Positions 48,984-58,800 of a DNA stretch of 64,000 bases are shown here, in pieces. Positions within the stretch are counted from its first letter, which is position 1. Each line of letters opens with the position of its first letter. Origin of the DNA: an uncultured bacterium (lineage in GTDB: Bacteria > Babelota > Babeliae > Babelales > Babelaceae); contig CAWKFG010000004.1 in assembly GCA_963848965.1 (NCBI GenBank), positions 64,001 through 128,000 of the forward strand, written 5' to 3'. A model generated the notes under the pieces. It saw only the letters and a program-made list of their open reading frames with translations. It was not told where the DNA came from and did no database searches. The translations under genes and the position numbers were made by a program.

Positions 48984-49265
48984 TTATGGTCTACCAATTT
49001 GTGTAGCAGGACCTTGCCCAGGTTGTACCACTGTACCAACTGCTATAGGCATCTCTGGACCAGAGCCAGACTCTTGTACTACTGAAATAACTCGAGGCCG
49101 CCCAGTTACATCTCCTCTAAAACTAGTAGTCATTCCTTCTTGTGGTATAATAGTTCGCCTTGCTCCTCCAGGATATCGTATTGATATAACCTCAGGACCA
49201 GGTTCAGATCCAGCACCAAAAAGTGCGGTAGTTAAAAATAATGCAAATAAAAGCATAATCTTCAT
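48984..49265 (-). CDS. Small secreted Gly/Pro/Thr-rich protein
   Basis: AAGGAG RBS, signal peptide MKIMLLFALFLTTALFG; terminator AAGGGCTCAATTGAGCCCTT follows. Confidence 0.75.
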   Translation of the reverse strand: MKIMLLFALFLTTALFGAGSEPGPEVISIRYPGGARRTIIPQEGMTTSFRGDVTGRPRVISVVQESGSGPEMPIAVGTVVQPGQGPATQIGRP

Positions 49266-49550
49266 AGCATACTCCTTTATTGTAATTGTTATTTAATTTA
49301 TTAAAGTAATAGTATCACGTATTAAGCACAACATTCAATTAAAAACAGTATTTTTCGCTTAAAACCCTCTTCAAAACAACATTTTCAATAATTTATACTT
49401 AAAAAAACATTTTTAGCGCTACCAAAATCGACTTTTTTAGAGCTTCTTCTAAAAGTCAACCATGTATTAACCACTATATAATTCACAGAGCTTCCAGAGT
49501 GTGGTATTCTTGAAATACGATAAAAATATACTGCAGCTTCAGGAGGCATC

Positions 49551-51212
49551 ATGAATAGTATTGAACACATTCAAAAAAGTTTTACCGATTTTGTTCAAAA
49601 ACAGTTTTCTGTAGATCTTACAAAGCTTCCTCTGTTTGTTTTTAATCTCAATACAAGTAGTGTCAAAGAGCAGTTTGGTGATATAAGTACCAATATCCCT
49701 TTTATCTTAGCTAAAGAGCTTAAAAAGAACCCTCAAGAGATAGCCGCTTCTATTACCAAAGGTATACAAAATCAGTATATCCAAAAGTTAGAAGTAGCAG
49801 GAGCAGGTTTTATTAACATCTATCTTACTCATGAAGCAGTACAACTTTTAGCGCAGCAGTTAGGAGCTGAAAAAGACTCATTCTTCAAACTTCCTAGTAC
49901 TGCACCACATCACAATTATTCAGTAGAATTTGTAAGCGCTAATCCTACAGGACCATTACATCTTGGCCACGGACGAGGTGGCATTATAGGAGATGTTCTC
50001 GGTAATATATTAAGATTTTTAGGTAACTCTGTAACAAAAGAATTTTACATTAATGATGCAGGCTCCCAAATGCAAAAACTAGGAGAGTCATTTAAAATAC
50101 GGTGTGAACAGCTTGCAGGATTTCCAGTACAAATTTCTGAAGAAGGCTATCACGGTGAATATCTTATTGAACTTGCAGAACAAGCACGTAAAGAATATGG
50201 CGATGCCCTTTCAAAACAGTCTGCTGAGTTTTATATAACCTACGCACATACACATCTTCTTAAAGCAATAGAAAATACACTTAAAAAATATGGTATCTCA
50301 TTTGACGTTTGGTTCTCTGAATCTCAACTTCACAAGAATGATGCAATAGCTCATGCAATTGCTTTTCTTATAGAAAGAGGCTATATCTACGAGCATGATA
50401 AAGCTCTTTGGTTTAAATCTACTGCATTTGGTGATGATAAAGATCGTGTTATCAAAAAGAATACAGGTGAGTTTACTTATGTAGCAGCAGATATAGCCTA
50501 TCTACAGAATAAAATGCAACGGGGCTTTGATAAGCTCATCATGATCTTAGGACAAGACCATCATAGCTACGTTACCCGCTTGAAAGCAGTCATGTCTGCT
50601 CTTGGCTATGATCCAGATCGATTAGACGTTATCCTTTATCAATTAGTAACTATAAAAGAAAGTGGTACTGCTTTACGTATGTCAAAACGTGCAGGACGAA
50701 TTGTTACGCTTAACGATGTTATTGATGAAGTAGGCGTAGATGTTGCACGATTCTTTTACCTTAACAAAAAAGCAGATGCGCACTTAGAGTTTGATATAGA
50801 TCTTGCTCTCAAGCAAACAGATGAAAATCCTGTCTATTATATTCAATATGCATATGTACGAATTAAGAGCATACTTGAAAAAGCTCAGCACGAAGAGTTT
50901 GTACAACAGCTGAGTAACATAACCCCTGCCGATAGTAAGTATATTACGGATGCGGAAAAGACACTCATTAAAAAGATAGCTACTCTTAAAGACCTCTTAG
51001 CATCTATTTCGCATAACTATCAAACGCACTTGCTTGCTTATTATGTTATTGAGCTTGCTCAAGCATTTCATAGCTATTATAATGCACATAAAGTTATTGA
51101 TAAAAACAATCTAGAACAAAGTAGAGGGCGCCTGTTTGTTATATCGCTGGTACAACAAACACTCAAAACGTGCTTTGACCTTTTAGGGATAAGCTCCCCT
51201 GAAAAGATGTGA
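49551..51212 (+). CDS. argS: Arginyl-tRNA synthetase
   Basis: VEFVSANPTGPLHLGHGR, GQDHHSY, MSKRAG, YIQYAYVR, LLGISSPEKM. Confidence 0.98.
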   Translation: MNSIEHIQKSFTDFVQKQFSVDLTKLPLFVFNLNTSSVKEQFGDISTNIPFILAKELKKNPQEIAASITKGIQNQYIQKLEVAGAGFINIYLTHEAVQLLAQQLGAEKDSFFKLPSTAPHHNYSVEFVSANPTGPLHLGHGRGGIIGDVLGNILRFLGNSVTKEFYINDAGSQMQKLGESFKIRCEQLAGFPVQISEEGYHGEYLIELAEQARKEYGDALSKQSAEFYITYAHTHLLKAIENTLKKYGISFDVWFSESQLHKNDAIAHAIAFLIERGYIYEHDKALWFKSTAFGDDKDRVIKKNTGEFTYVAADIAYLQNKMQRGFDKLIMILGQDHHSYVTRLKAVMSALGYDPDRLDVILYQLVTIKESGTALRMSKRAGRIVTLNDVIDEVGVDVARFFYLNKKADAHLEFDIDLALKQTDENPVYYIQYAYVRIKSILEKAQHEEFVQQLSNITPADSKYITDAEKTLIKKIATLKDLLASISHNYQTHLLAYYVIELAQAFHSYYNAHKVIDKNNLEQSRGRLFVISLVQQTLKTCFDLLGISSPEKM

Positions 51213-51674
51213 TTAAGTAGCTTTCTCTGCTTCCTTAGCACTCGATACTTGAGGAAAAGAATATTCACTTATTTCATCTTTTTGCTTGTCTTTTTCTCCA
51301 CGATTTAGAACTTGTGCTAATTTCTTAAGAAGAATAATTCTAAAAGAGTATTTCTCTAATTTTTTTTCCTGCTCTGTAGCACAGTTACGGCCTATAGCAG
51401 TTGTTATTCTTTTTAAAAGATAGAGACCAGAACCGACAAGAGCTCCTTTTCCAAAAGACATAAGGTTATCTTGTGTATGACATACTTCTCCATGCCTTAA
51501 GCGAGCATAAAGATTGGTATAAGTATAACACAAGAAAGGAATCGTAAAATCTCCTGTATAACCACTGTAGGCTCCTGCAAGAAAGTGTCCATCTGCTTTA
51601 ATGTCTTGTATAGCACTTGCAACAAATAGACTCATAAGTATACTCAATACTAGCTTTTGCATATATTCCTCCAA
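51213..51674 (-). CDS. Hypothetical exported protein
   Basis: Signal-peptide-like N-terminus, GGAGG RBS near the second Met. Confidence 0.55.
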   Translation of the reverse strand: MEEYMQKLVLSILMSLFVASAIQDIKADGHFLAGAYSGYTGDFTIPFLCYTYTNLYARLRHGEVCHTQDNLMSFGKGALVGSGLYLLKRITTAIGRNCATEQEKKLEKYSFRIILLKKLAQVLNRGEKDKQKDEISEYSFPQVSSAKEAEKAT

Positions 51675-51871
51675 ACAAAAATGTACACTACTGTTCTAAA
51701 TGATACCTTAACGATAGCAAAAAGAGCTATAAAAACAACTGGTTACAACAGAAATAACTTATAGTACACTAGAAAAGCGTCTTAAGAAAAAAGCAAACTA
51801 TTGAAAAAATAATTTCAAATTATTTAAAATAAATATACGTTAGCCTCTGGAGTACCTGGAGGTTTATTATA

Positions 51872-53014
51872 ATGAGGGGGGAAATGATGGTACTGAAGTA
51901 TGTGTGTGCACTAACGTGCACGTTAGTCATTTGTGTAATAGAAGCAAAAGAAAGTTTTATTGTAGGAGGATGGATTCCTTACTGGAGAGCAGCTGATGGA
52001 ATTCAATCAGTTAAAAGCCATATCTCATATTTAAACGAGCTTAGTCCATTTTCATACGAAGTTGATAAAAAGGGTATGATTACAGATCCCTTTGCACGAA
52101 AGCAAAAAGAGTGGGACGAGTTTTTTGAGCACTGTAGACAAAAAAAACTTAAGCTTATTCCTTCTATTTTTTGGAAAGATACAGAAGCAATGCACGCAAT
52201 TCTATCAAATAAAGCTGCTCGTCAAGCTCATATAAACCATATACTAGAAAAAATTACGGCAAAAAAGTTTAAAGGAGTTAACCTTAACTATGAACGAGTC
52301 AGCGGACAGGACAGGAATGCGTTTCTTGATTTTGTACAAGAGCTTTCTAGAAGACTCCATGCTAAAGGTTTAGAGCTCCATTTTACTATTGAAGGACGAA
52401 CAAGCGATAGAACATTTAGCCTTATTCGTAATAAAGAAGCTCATGACTCGCTTGGTGGTGCAACTAATCCTGCTCGAGATCTACCTAATCATCGCTATAA
52501 AACAATACTCTCTCATTGTTGCGATAGAGTTATTGTGATGGCCTATGATGAATGGGGAGAGGCTTATCGTTATAATTCAGCAAACCTAAAAAACAAATAC
52601 TATTTGTCACACTCATCAAAGCAGTGGATCGAGCAGATACTCAAATATATGCGTACTTTTATTCCTGCACGCAAACTCGTTCTGGGTATTCCAACTTACG
52701 GCCTTGAATTTGCCATTGCAATGAACGGTAAAACACTTGAGTTTAGAAAGACAAAAAGTCCTTCCTATATACGAGCAGTTGAACTAGCTCAAGAGCATAG
52801 ACGCAAGCCACGACGCACTGAAGGTGGCGAACTTTCGTTTACCTATCCTTGTGAAGGTGAAGAACGGTATATATGCTATCCTGATAGCACGTTTATAAAA
52901 GATCGTATAACGCTTGCTAAAAAGTGTGGCCTTAAAGGTATCTATCTCTTTAAGCTTGATGGAGCTGAAGACAAAAGAATGTGGCCTTATTTACGAGTTG
53001 CTCTTAAGTCTTAG
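51872..53014 (+). CDS. Glycoside hydrolase family 18-like protein
   Basis: FKGVNLNYE (DxDxE position), VMAYDE, KLVLGIPTYG, GLKGIYLFKL. Confidence 0.85.
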   Translation: MRGEMMVLKYVCALTCTLVICVIEAKESFIVGGWIPYWRAADGIQSVKSHISYLNELSPFSYEVDKKGMITDPFARKQKEWDEFFEHCRQKKLKLIPSIFWKDTEAMHAILSNKAARQAHINHILEKITAKKFKGVNLNYERVSGQDRNAFLDFVQELSRRLHAKGLELHFTIEGRTSDRTFSLIRNKEAHDSLGGATNPARDLPNHRYKTILSHCCDRVIVMAYDEWGEAYRYNSANLKNKYYLSHSSKQWIEQILKYMRTFIPARKLVLGIPTYGLEFAIAMNGKTLEFRKTKSPSYIRAVELAQEHRRKPRRTEGGELSFTYPCEGEERYICYPDSTFIKDRITLAKKCGLKGIYLFKLDGAEDKRMWPYLRVALKS

Positions 53015-55658
53015 TTTTTATATATTCTTTGAGCCGCCAAAGTACATCAAGAGCTTGTTTAGCAGTTAAATGTTCACAATCAAGCTGTGCAATCTCTGCT
53101 GCAAGCATACGTTCAGGCCCAGATTCTTGTTCTCGCTGGCTAATATAAGCTTCAAGCTCGCGCTTACGTTGCTCAAGTTCACTACATTTAGCTGCAAGAA
53201 CTTGAATATCTGATGAACTAGATGGAACATGGTAAAAATTGTGCCCTTCTTGGCTTAAGTTACTTAAAATCTCATGTGCACGCTGAAGAACGTGAGATGG
53301 CAACTGTGCTACTTTAGCAACTTCTAAACCAAAACTTCCGTCAGCAGTACCCTGTAAAATTCTATGTAAAAGAACAATACCAGAAGCAGTTCTTGTACTC
53401 GCTGCATAATAAGAAGCAATGCCAGGAAACTGTTCTGATAATGCTGTAAGCTCATGATAATGCGTTGCAAAAAGGCATCGTGCTTTAACGTTGGTATAGA
53501 TATACTCAACAACTGCTTGCGCAATAGCAAGACCATCAAACGTACTTGTTCCACGTCCTACCTCATCAAGAATAACTAAACTCTGATGAGTAGCTTGATT
53601 ACAAATAAGCGCCGTTTCTTCCATCTCTACTAAGAAAGTACTTTTTCCTTCAGCAACGTTATCTGCAGCACCTATACGAGTAAATATTCTATCGACCAAA
53701 GAGATATCTGCCTTTTTTGCAGGAACAAAGACACCCATATGCGCCATAAGCGTAATAAGAGCAACCTGACGCAAGAAGGTCGATTTACCACCCATGTTAG
53801 GCCCTGTAATAAGCCACAACGATTCCTTTTCTGAAAGTGAAACATTATTAGGAACAAATTTACTTTGCAACCTTATTTCAACAACTGGATGTCTTCCTTC
53901 TACTATAAGCAACTCATTACGATCATTGAATGTTGGTCGTGTATACCCTTGAGAGTAAGAGACATGTGCTAACGCAGCAAGTGCATCTATATAAGAAAGA
54001 GCTTGAGAAAGCCGTTTTAATATACCTACAAAAGATTCTACTTTCTGTTTGATTGTCTCGAAAACGTCTTTTTCAATTTCAGTAATTTCAGTGCGCGCTC
54101 TCATAAGGTCATATTCAAGATCACGAAGCTCCTGCGTGGTAAATCGCTCTCGATTTACTAATGTTTGGGTACGCATATAATGTGCTGGTACCAGATGCAA
54201 ATTTGCCTTAGTAACTTCTATACCATAGCCATGAGCACCATTAAACTTAATTTTAAGAGAATTGATGCCTGTTGCTTCTTGCTCTTTCCTTTCTAACATA
54301 ACAACTGCTTGAGCACCTTCTTCAACAAGCTTTCTGAGTCTATCAAGCTCACCATTATAGCCAGTTTTAACAAGCCACTCTTTTGTTGTATCATCATTAA
54401 TTGAGACCTGTAAAAAATCACACAGCTCTTTAAAGTCTGCTATTTTAGATCGTACAATACCAAGTAATGAACTAGTAGGCTGTGCATCAAGAAGCTGCGC
54501 TACTTCAGGCACCACCGTAAGCGCTCGCAATAGAGAAAGATAATCATGAACGGTTGCTCTACGTAATGCGATACGCCCTACAACACGTTCTATATCACCT
54601 ATTTCTTGAATAACTTTCCGTAGTTGTTCTTGTAATCCTATATCTTTTACCAAAGTTTCTACAGCATCGAGACGCTGCTCAATAAGTTCCTGTTTTATCA
54701 ATGGTCGCAAAATCCATTTTTTTACAGTACGAGAACCCATAGACGTTACTGCTTTGTCTAAAACAGCAAAAAGCGTATGTGAAGCACTACCATCTTGGCT
54801 ATTTTTCACAAGCTCTAAATTACGTTGAGTAGCAGCATCAAGCATAAGAAAATCTTCTTGTTGATAAGCAAAAAGCTGCTTAAGATGCATAAGACCGCGA
54901 TCATTATTGCGCTTAAGATAGGTATACAGCATAGTAATACCAAAGCCTACTGCATCTGAAGAATCAACAACAAGTGGTGATTGTGGAAACTGCTCTTTAA
55001 ACCATGCAAATGCATGATCTAAAGAATTATCTCCATGAGGATTAAACTTTTCTAAAGACAATGCAAAACCATGACGCTGAAGATGTAATGCAAAGCTATG
55101 TCCTGCCTTTGTATCAGGAAGAATAACTTCGTCTGGCATAAATCTACTTAACTCTGCTTCCAACAATGAAAGTGAAGTATCACGTAAAGATGTTACAAAA
55201 AGCTGCCCTGTAAGCAATTCTGCAAAAAGCAATGCCCACTTATGTTCTGTAGGAAAGAATGCACATAAATAAGATGCTGATTTCTCATCTAAAAGTTTAA
55301 TATCAGTAAGAGTTCCAGGCGTTAACACTTGTGTTACACCACGCTCAACAACCTTGCCCGCTTTTGCAGGCTCAAGTTGGTCACAGATTGCTACTTTAAA
55401 GCCGCCTTTGACAAGCTTTGTAAGATAATGATCAAGAACATGCACGGGAACACCGCACAATGGAATTGGCTGCCCTTGGGGCGTAGTTCCTCGTTGAGTA
55501 AGCGTAATACCTAAAAATGAAGACGCTTTTTGCGCATCTTCAAAGAACAGTTCATAAAAGTCTCCTACTTGAAAAAGCAAAAGTGTATCTGGATGTCTTT
55601 GCTTAATCTCGTGATATTGTCGCATAAGCGGAGAAAGATTTAATTTATCTGAACTCAT
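53004..55658 (-). CDS. mutS: DNA mismatch repair protein MutS
   Basis: SPLMRQY, GDFYELFFEDA, GPNMGGKST, STFLVEM, LDEVGRGT, ATHYHEL. Confidence 0.98.
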   Translation of the reverse strand: MSSDKLNLSPLMRQYHEIKQRHPDTLLLFQVGDFYELFFEDAQKASSFLGITLTQRGTTPQGQPIPLCGVPVHVLDHYLTKLVKGGFKVAICDQLEPAKAGKVVERGVTQVLTPGTLTDIKLLDEKSASYLCAFFPTEHKWALLFAELLTGQLFVTSLRDTSLSLLEAELSRFMPDEVILPDTKAGHSFALHLQRHGFALSLEKFNPHGDNSLDHAFAWFKEQFPQSPLVVDSSDAVGFGITMLYTYLKRNNDRGLMHLKQLFAYQQEDFLMLDAATQRNLELVKNSQDGSASHTLFAVLDKAVTSMGSRTVKKWILRPLIKQELIEQRLDAVETLVKDIGLQEQLRKVIQEIGDIERVVGRIALRRATVHDYLSLLRALTVVPEVAQLLDAQPTSSLLGIVRSKIADFKELCDFLQVSINDDTTKEWLVKTGYNGELDRLRKLVEEGAQAVVMLERKEQEATGINSLKIKFNGAHGYGIEVTKANLHLVPAHYMRTQTLVNRERFTTQELRDLEYDLMRARTEITEIEKDVFETIKQKVESFVGILKRLSQALSYIDALAALAHVSYSQGYTRPTFNDRNELLIVEGRHPVVEIRLQSKFVPNNVSLSEKESLWLITGPNMGGKSTFLRQVALITLMAHMGVFVPAKKADISLVDRIFTRIGAADNVAEGKSTFLVEMEETALICNQATHQSLVILDEVGRGTSTFDGLAIAQAVVEYIYTNVKARCLFATHYHELTALSEQFPGIASYYAASTRTASGIVLLHRILQGTADGSFGLEVAKVAQLPSHVLQRAHEILSNLSQEGHNFYHVPSSSSDIQVLAAKCSELEQRKRELEAYISQREQESGPERMLAAEIAQLDCEHLTAKQALDVLWRLKEYIKTKT

Positions 55659-55895
55659 AATTTTATACTATCTGTGTGCATGGTTATTTTTTTTATTGTA
55701 CCATATATCACCGTTTTTGCTAAGCACAAAATAGAAGCATAGAGTATCACTATAAACAATAGCACGTTACTACAGGTTCAAAAGGTAAAACTGATTGCCA
55801 AATATCAAATCAGGATCGACATAAATTGACAAACTTTAAATAATGACTATACTAAGAATTAAAAAATATAACCATTCTTTACGTATACGATATCA

Positions 55896-58800
55896 ATGAC
55901 CATGCAACGCTTTTTTTACCATTTTGTAATATGTTTATATGTGAGCTTTACAAGCTCTTTTTTATTCTCTATGCAAGCACCAGAAACAAGTATCTTTGAT
56001 GCACTTATTCCGCTTACTATAGAGAGTTATCATCATATAGTACCTCTAAAAGATGTGCTTAAGCATATTACTACCTATCAAAAAGTATCTCTTAACGGAA
56101 TAGATAAAATATCAGGGTTTCATTACTATGGACATCTTAATCCTTACATAGAGCATATGTTTGATGGAACTCTTATTAAAATTAATAGTCGATTCTGGAT
56201 CTTTACTTATGATGATATTAAACAATTTCATACTGGCTATATAATCTATCAAGGAAAAGTATATCAGCAGCCAAAAAGTTTCTTTCCTTCCTCATGGACC
56301 TTAAGTCAAGTTGCTACCTATATACAAGAATTAGCACAAGAAGGAGTTTGCCAAAGCAAGAGAGCACAAGAAACAGAACACACTTATTCTCTTATTATTA
56401 AACCTTCTTCAACAGATACTCTGCAGATTCCTCTTAAAGTAGCTCTTCATGCTTCTCTACCTGCGCATATTCTTACTATTTACCCTATTTTAAAAGAAAC
56501 AAAAAGAGTAGTTTTAAGCAATTTAGAGACGTTAGCAGTACAGCAAAAAGCAGCATATTCTATTGCTAAGAGCACCGCACCTAAAAGTACTTCAAATTTA
56601 CTTGAAGCTCTTTTAACACCATCGCACTCACTTTTTTCAGTTTTAGCATTACTTGAAGAATCTGATATACATGCCAAAAATGAAAAAGGACAAACTCCTT
56701 TAATGCTTGCAGCTCAAGCTGGCAACTGTGATCTTATTACCCTATTGCTAGAGCAAGAAGCAACTATAGAAGTCCAAGATATACTTGGTAATACAGCCTT
56801 GCACTATGCTATTGATTCTGGGATTTATGAAGCCGTATTAGGACTAGCACGACAAGTTATCATTAATAAAGCTAATAATCAAGGAGTAACCCCCCTCATT
56901 CGCGCATTACAAAGAAAGCAGTACGATATCGCTGAGTTACTGCTTTATCTTGGCGCTGAAGTTACCAGCACTGATACCTCTGGCTACACTCCTCTTATAC
57001 ATGCAGTTACGCATCATCATCTTACTCGACAAGAAACTCAAGCATGTATACCATTTATTGAAGCTTTAATAAAAAAAGGTGGCACTATAAATGCGCAAGA
57101 TAACGATGGTTCTACTGCTCTTATGCATGCTATAGCTCATCATAATACTATTCTTGCAAAATATCTGCTACAAAACCAAGCAGATTACAGGACTGTTAAA
57201 AACCAGCGAGAAGAAACTGCCTATACGCTAGCTGTTAACACTCATTTTCAAGAAATAATTTCTCTTATAGATCAGAAAGAGAACGAAAGGAAGATGGTAG
57301 CAGAACGTAAAGAACAACAAAAAAAGCAACGGGAATCTTTGCAGGCAATAAAATCAGAGATTATTAAAGATATGCTTTCTTCTTCATCGTTAAAACTACT
57401 ACCTTCTATAGACCAAGAACTCCTCAATAAAATGTTTTTATTTGCAGTAAAAGAGAATAAAGGCAAAGTTATAGAACAACTTCTTGTAAAGCTCAAAGAC
57501 TTTCTAAAGCCAGAAACCTATCACGAAGCATTGAGTCTTACTTTTACTCATAATGTAAGCATTTTTTCAACGCTTATACAGCACATGTCTTTAAAGAAAG
57601 AGCTCGCTGAAGAGTGGTTTCTAAAACTCTTAGAAGCTCACTACAAAGAACAAAAATGTAACTATAGCACTCTCCTTGCATTCTTAAGTACCAATCATCC
57701 CTCTGTTCTTACAAAAGCACTCCAAGCACAAGATTATCATAACTATCTCTTAAAATTTGTAGAACAGCGTATTGTACCATTTTCTCATACTCAAGCTGGC
57801 GAATTCCTTTTAGAAGCAGTACGTCACAATGCAGGCTCTCTTATTGAAAAGCTTCTTGCTGTTTATCCATCTGTCTTACCATATAAAAATGGTAAAGGAC
57901 AGAATGCTCTTATGATTGCAGCTCAAGCAGATCATCCTTCACTTATTACTGCTCTTTATAGAAAAGGATTACAGCTTCATGAGCAAGATAATTCAGGCAA
58001 AACTGCTATAAACTATGCCCCTGCAGGTAGTAGTGCTTTAAAAGAAATACAAACGCTTTGTACTCAAGAAGAGCGTGAAGAGCAAGAAAAGCAAAAAGTT
58101 AGACTTTTACAAGAACGTAAAAGCAAAATCGAAGAGCTACAACGACAAGGTTATTCATCTTTAATGATTGCAGCCTATTATAATGATGTCGATACCATTG
58201 AAAGAGATAAAATCACCAACATCAATAGTACGACTTCTAAAGGTATAACAGCAGTAATGGTTGCAATTGAGCGTAATAATAGAGAGGCCCTTGATGCTCT
58301 TTTTGCTAAACCCGGCCTTCTTATTAATGCACAAGATAAAACAGGAATGACTGCCCTTATGTATGCTGTAAAAAACAATAATGCTTCGCTTGTAGAAAAG
58401 CTTTTTGCTCAAGGAGCTTCAGCATTTATCCGTAACCAAACAGGCAAACAAGTATTCACCCTTACTAAAAGCATCTCAAGTAGTGTACAAAAACTGCTCG
58501 AAACATATGGGGCTCAAGAGCTTATGGCGCATCTAGCACCCGTATTTGATGCAACCGAAGAAGCTATTGTTGTTATGTTAGACGAAATTGATAAAAAAGT
58601 GCACTTTAATCAGCTTTCTTGTAAACTAAAAGCACATATTGCGAGTCTTCTCATACAGAAAAATGATTCAAAAGTGCTGAAATATTTTTTAAGAAAAGCA
58701 GCTCTTACCATAGACGATCTTATACACAATATGCCATTTAATCCTCTTGTTTACGCAGCAGATCGTTTAGACAGAGCTATGCTCTCTGTTTTTCTTACGC

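Noticed and set aside
48970..49296. Plus-strand ORFs 48970..49296 and 45305..45544
   Set aside because: Antisense shadows of the minus-strand genes, which have RBS, signal peptide and terminator
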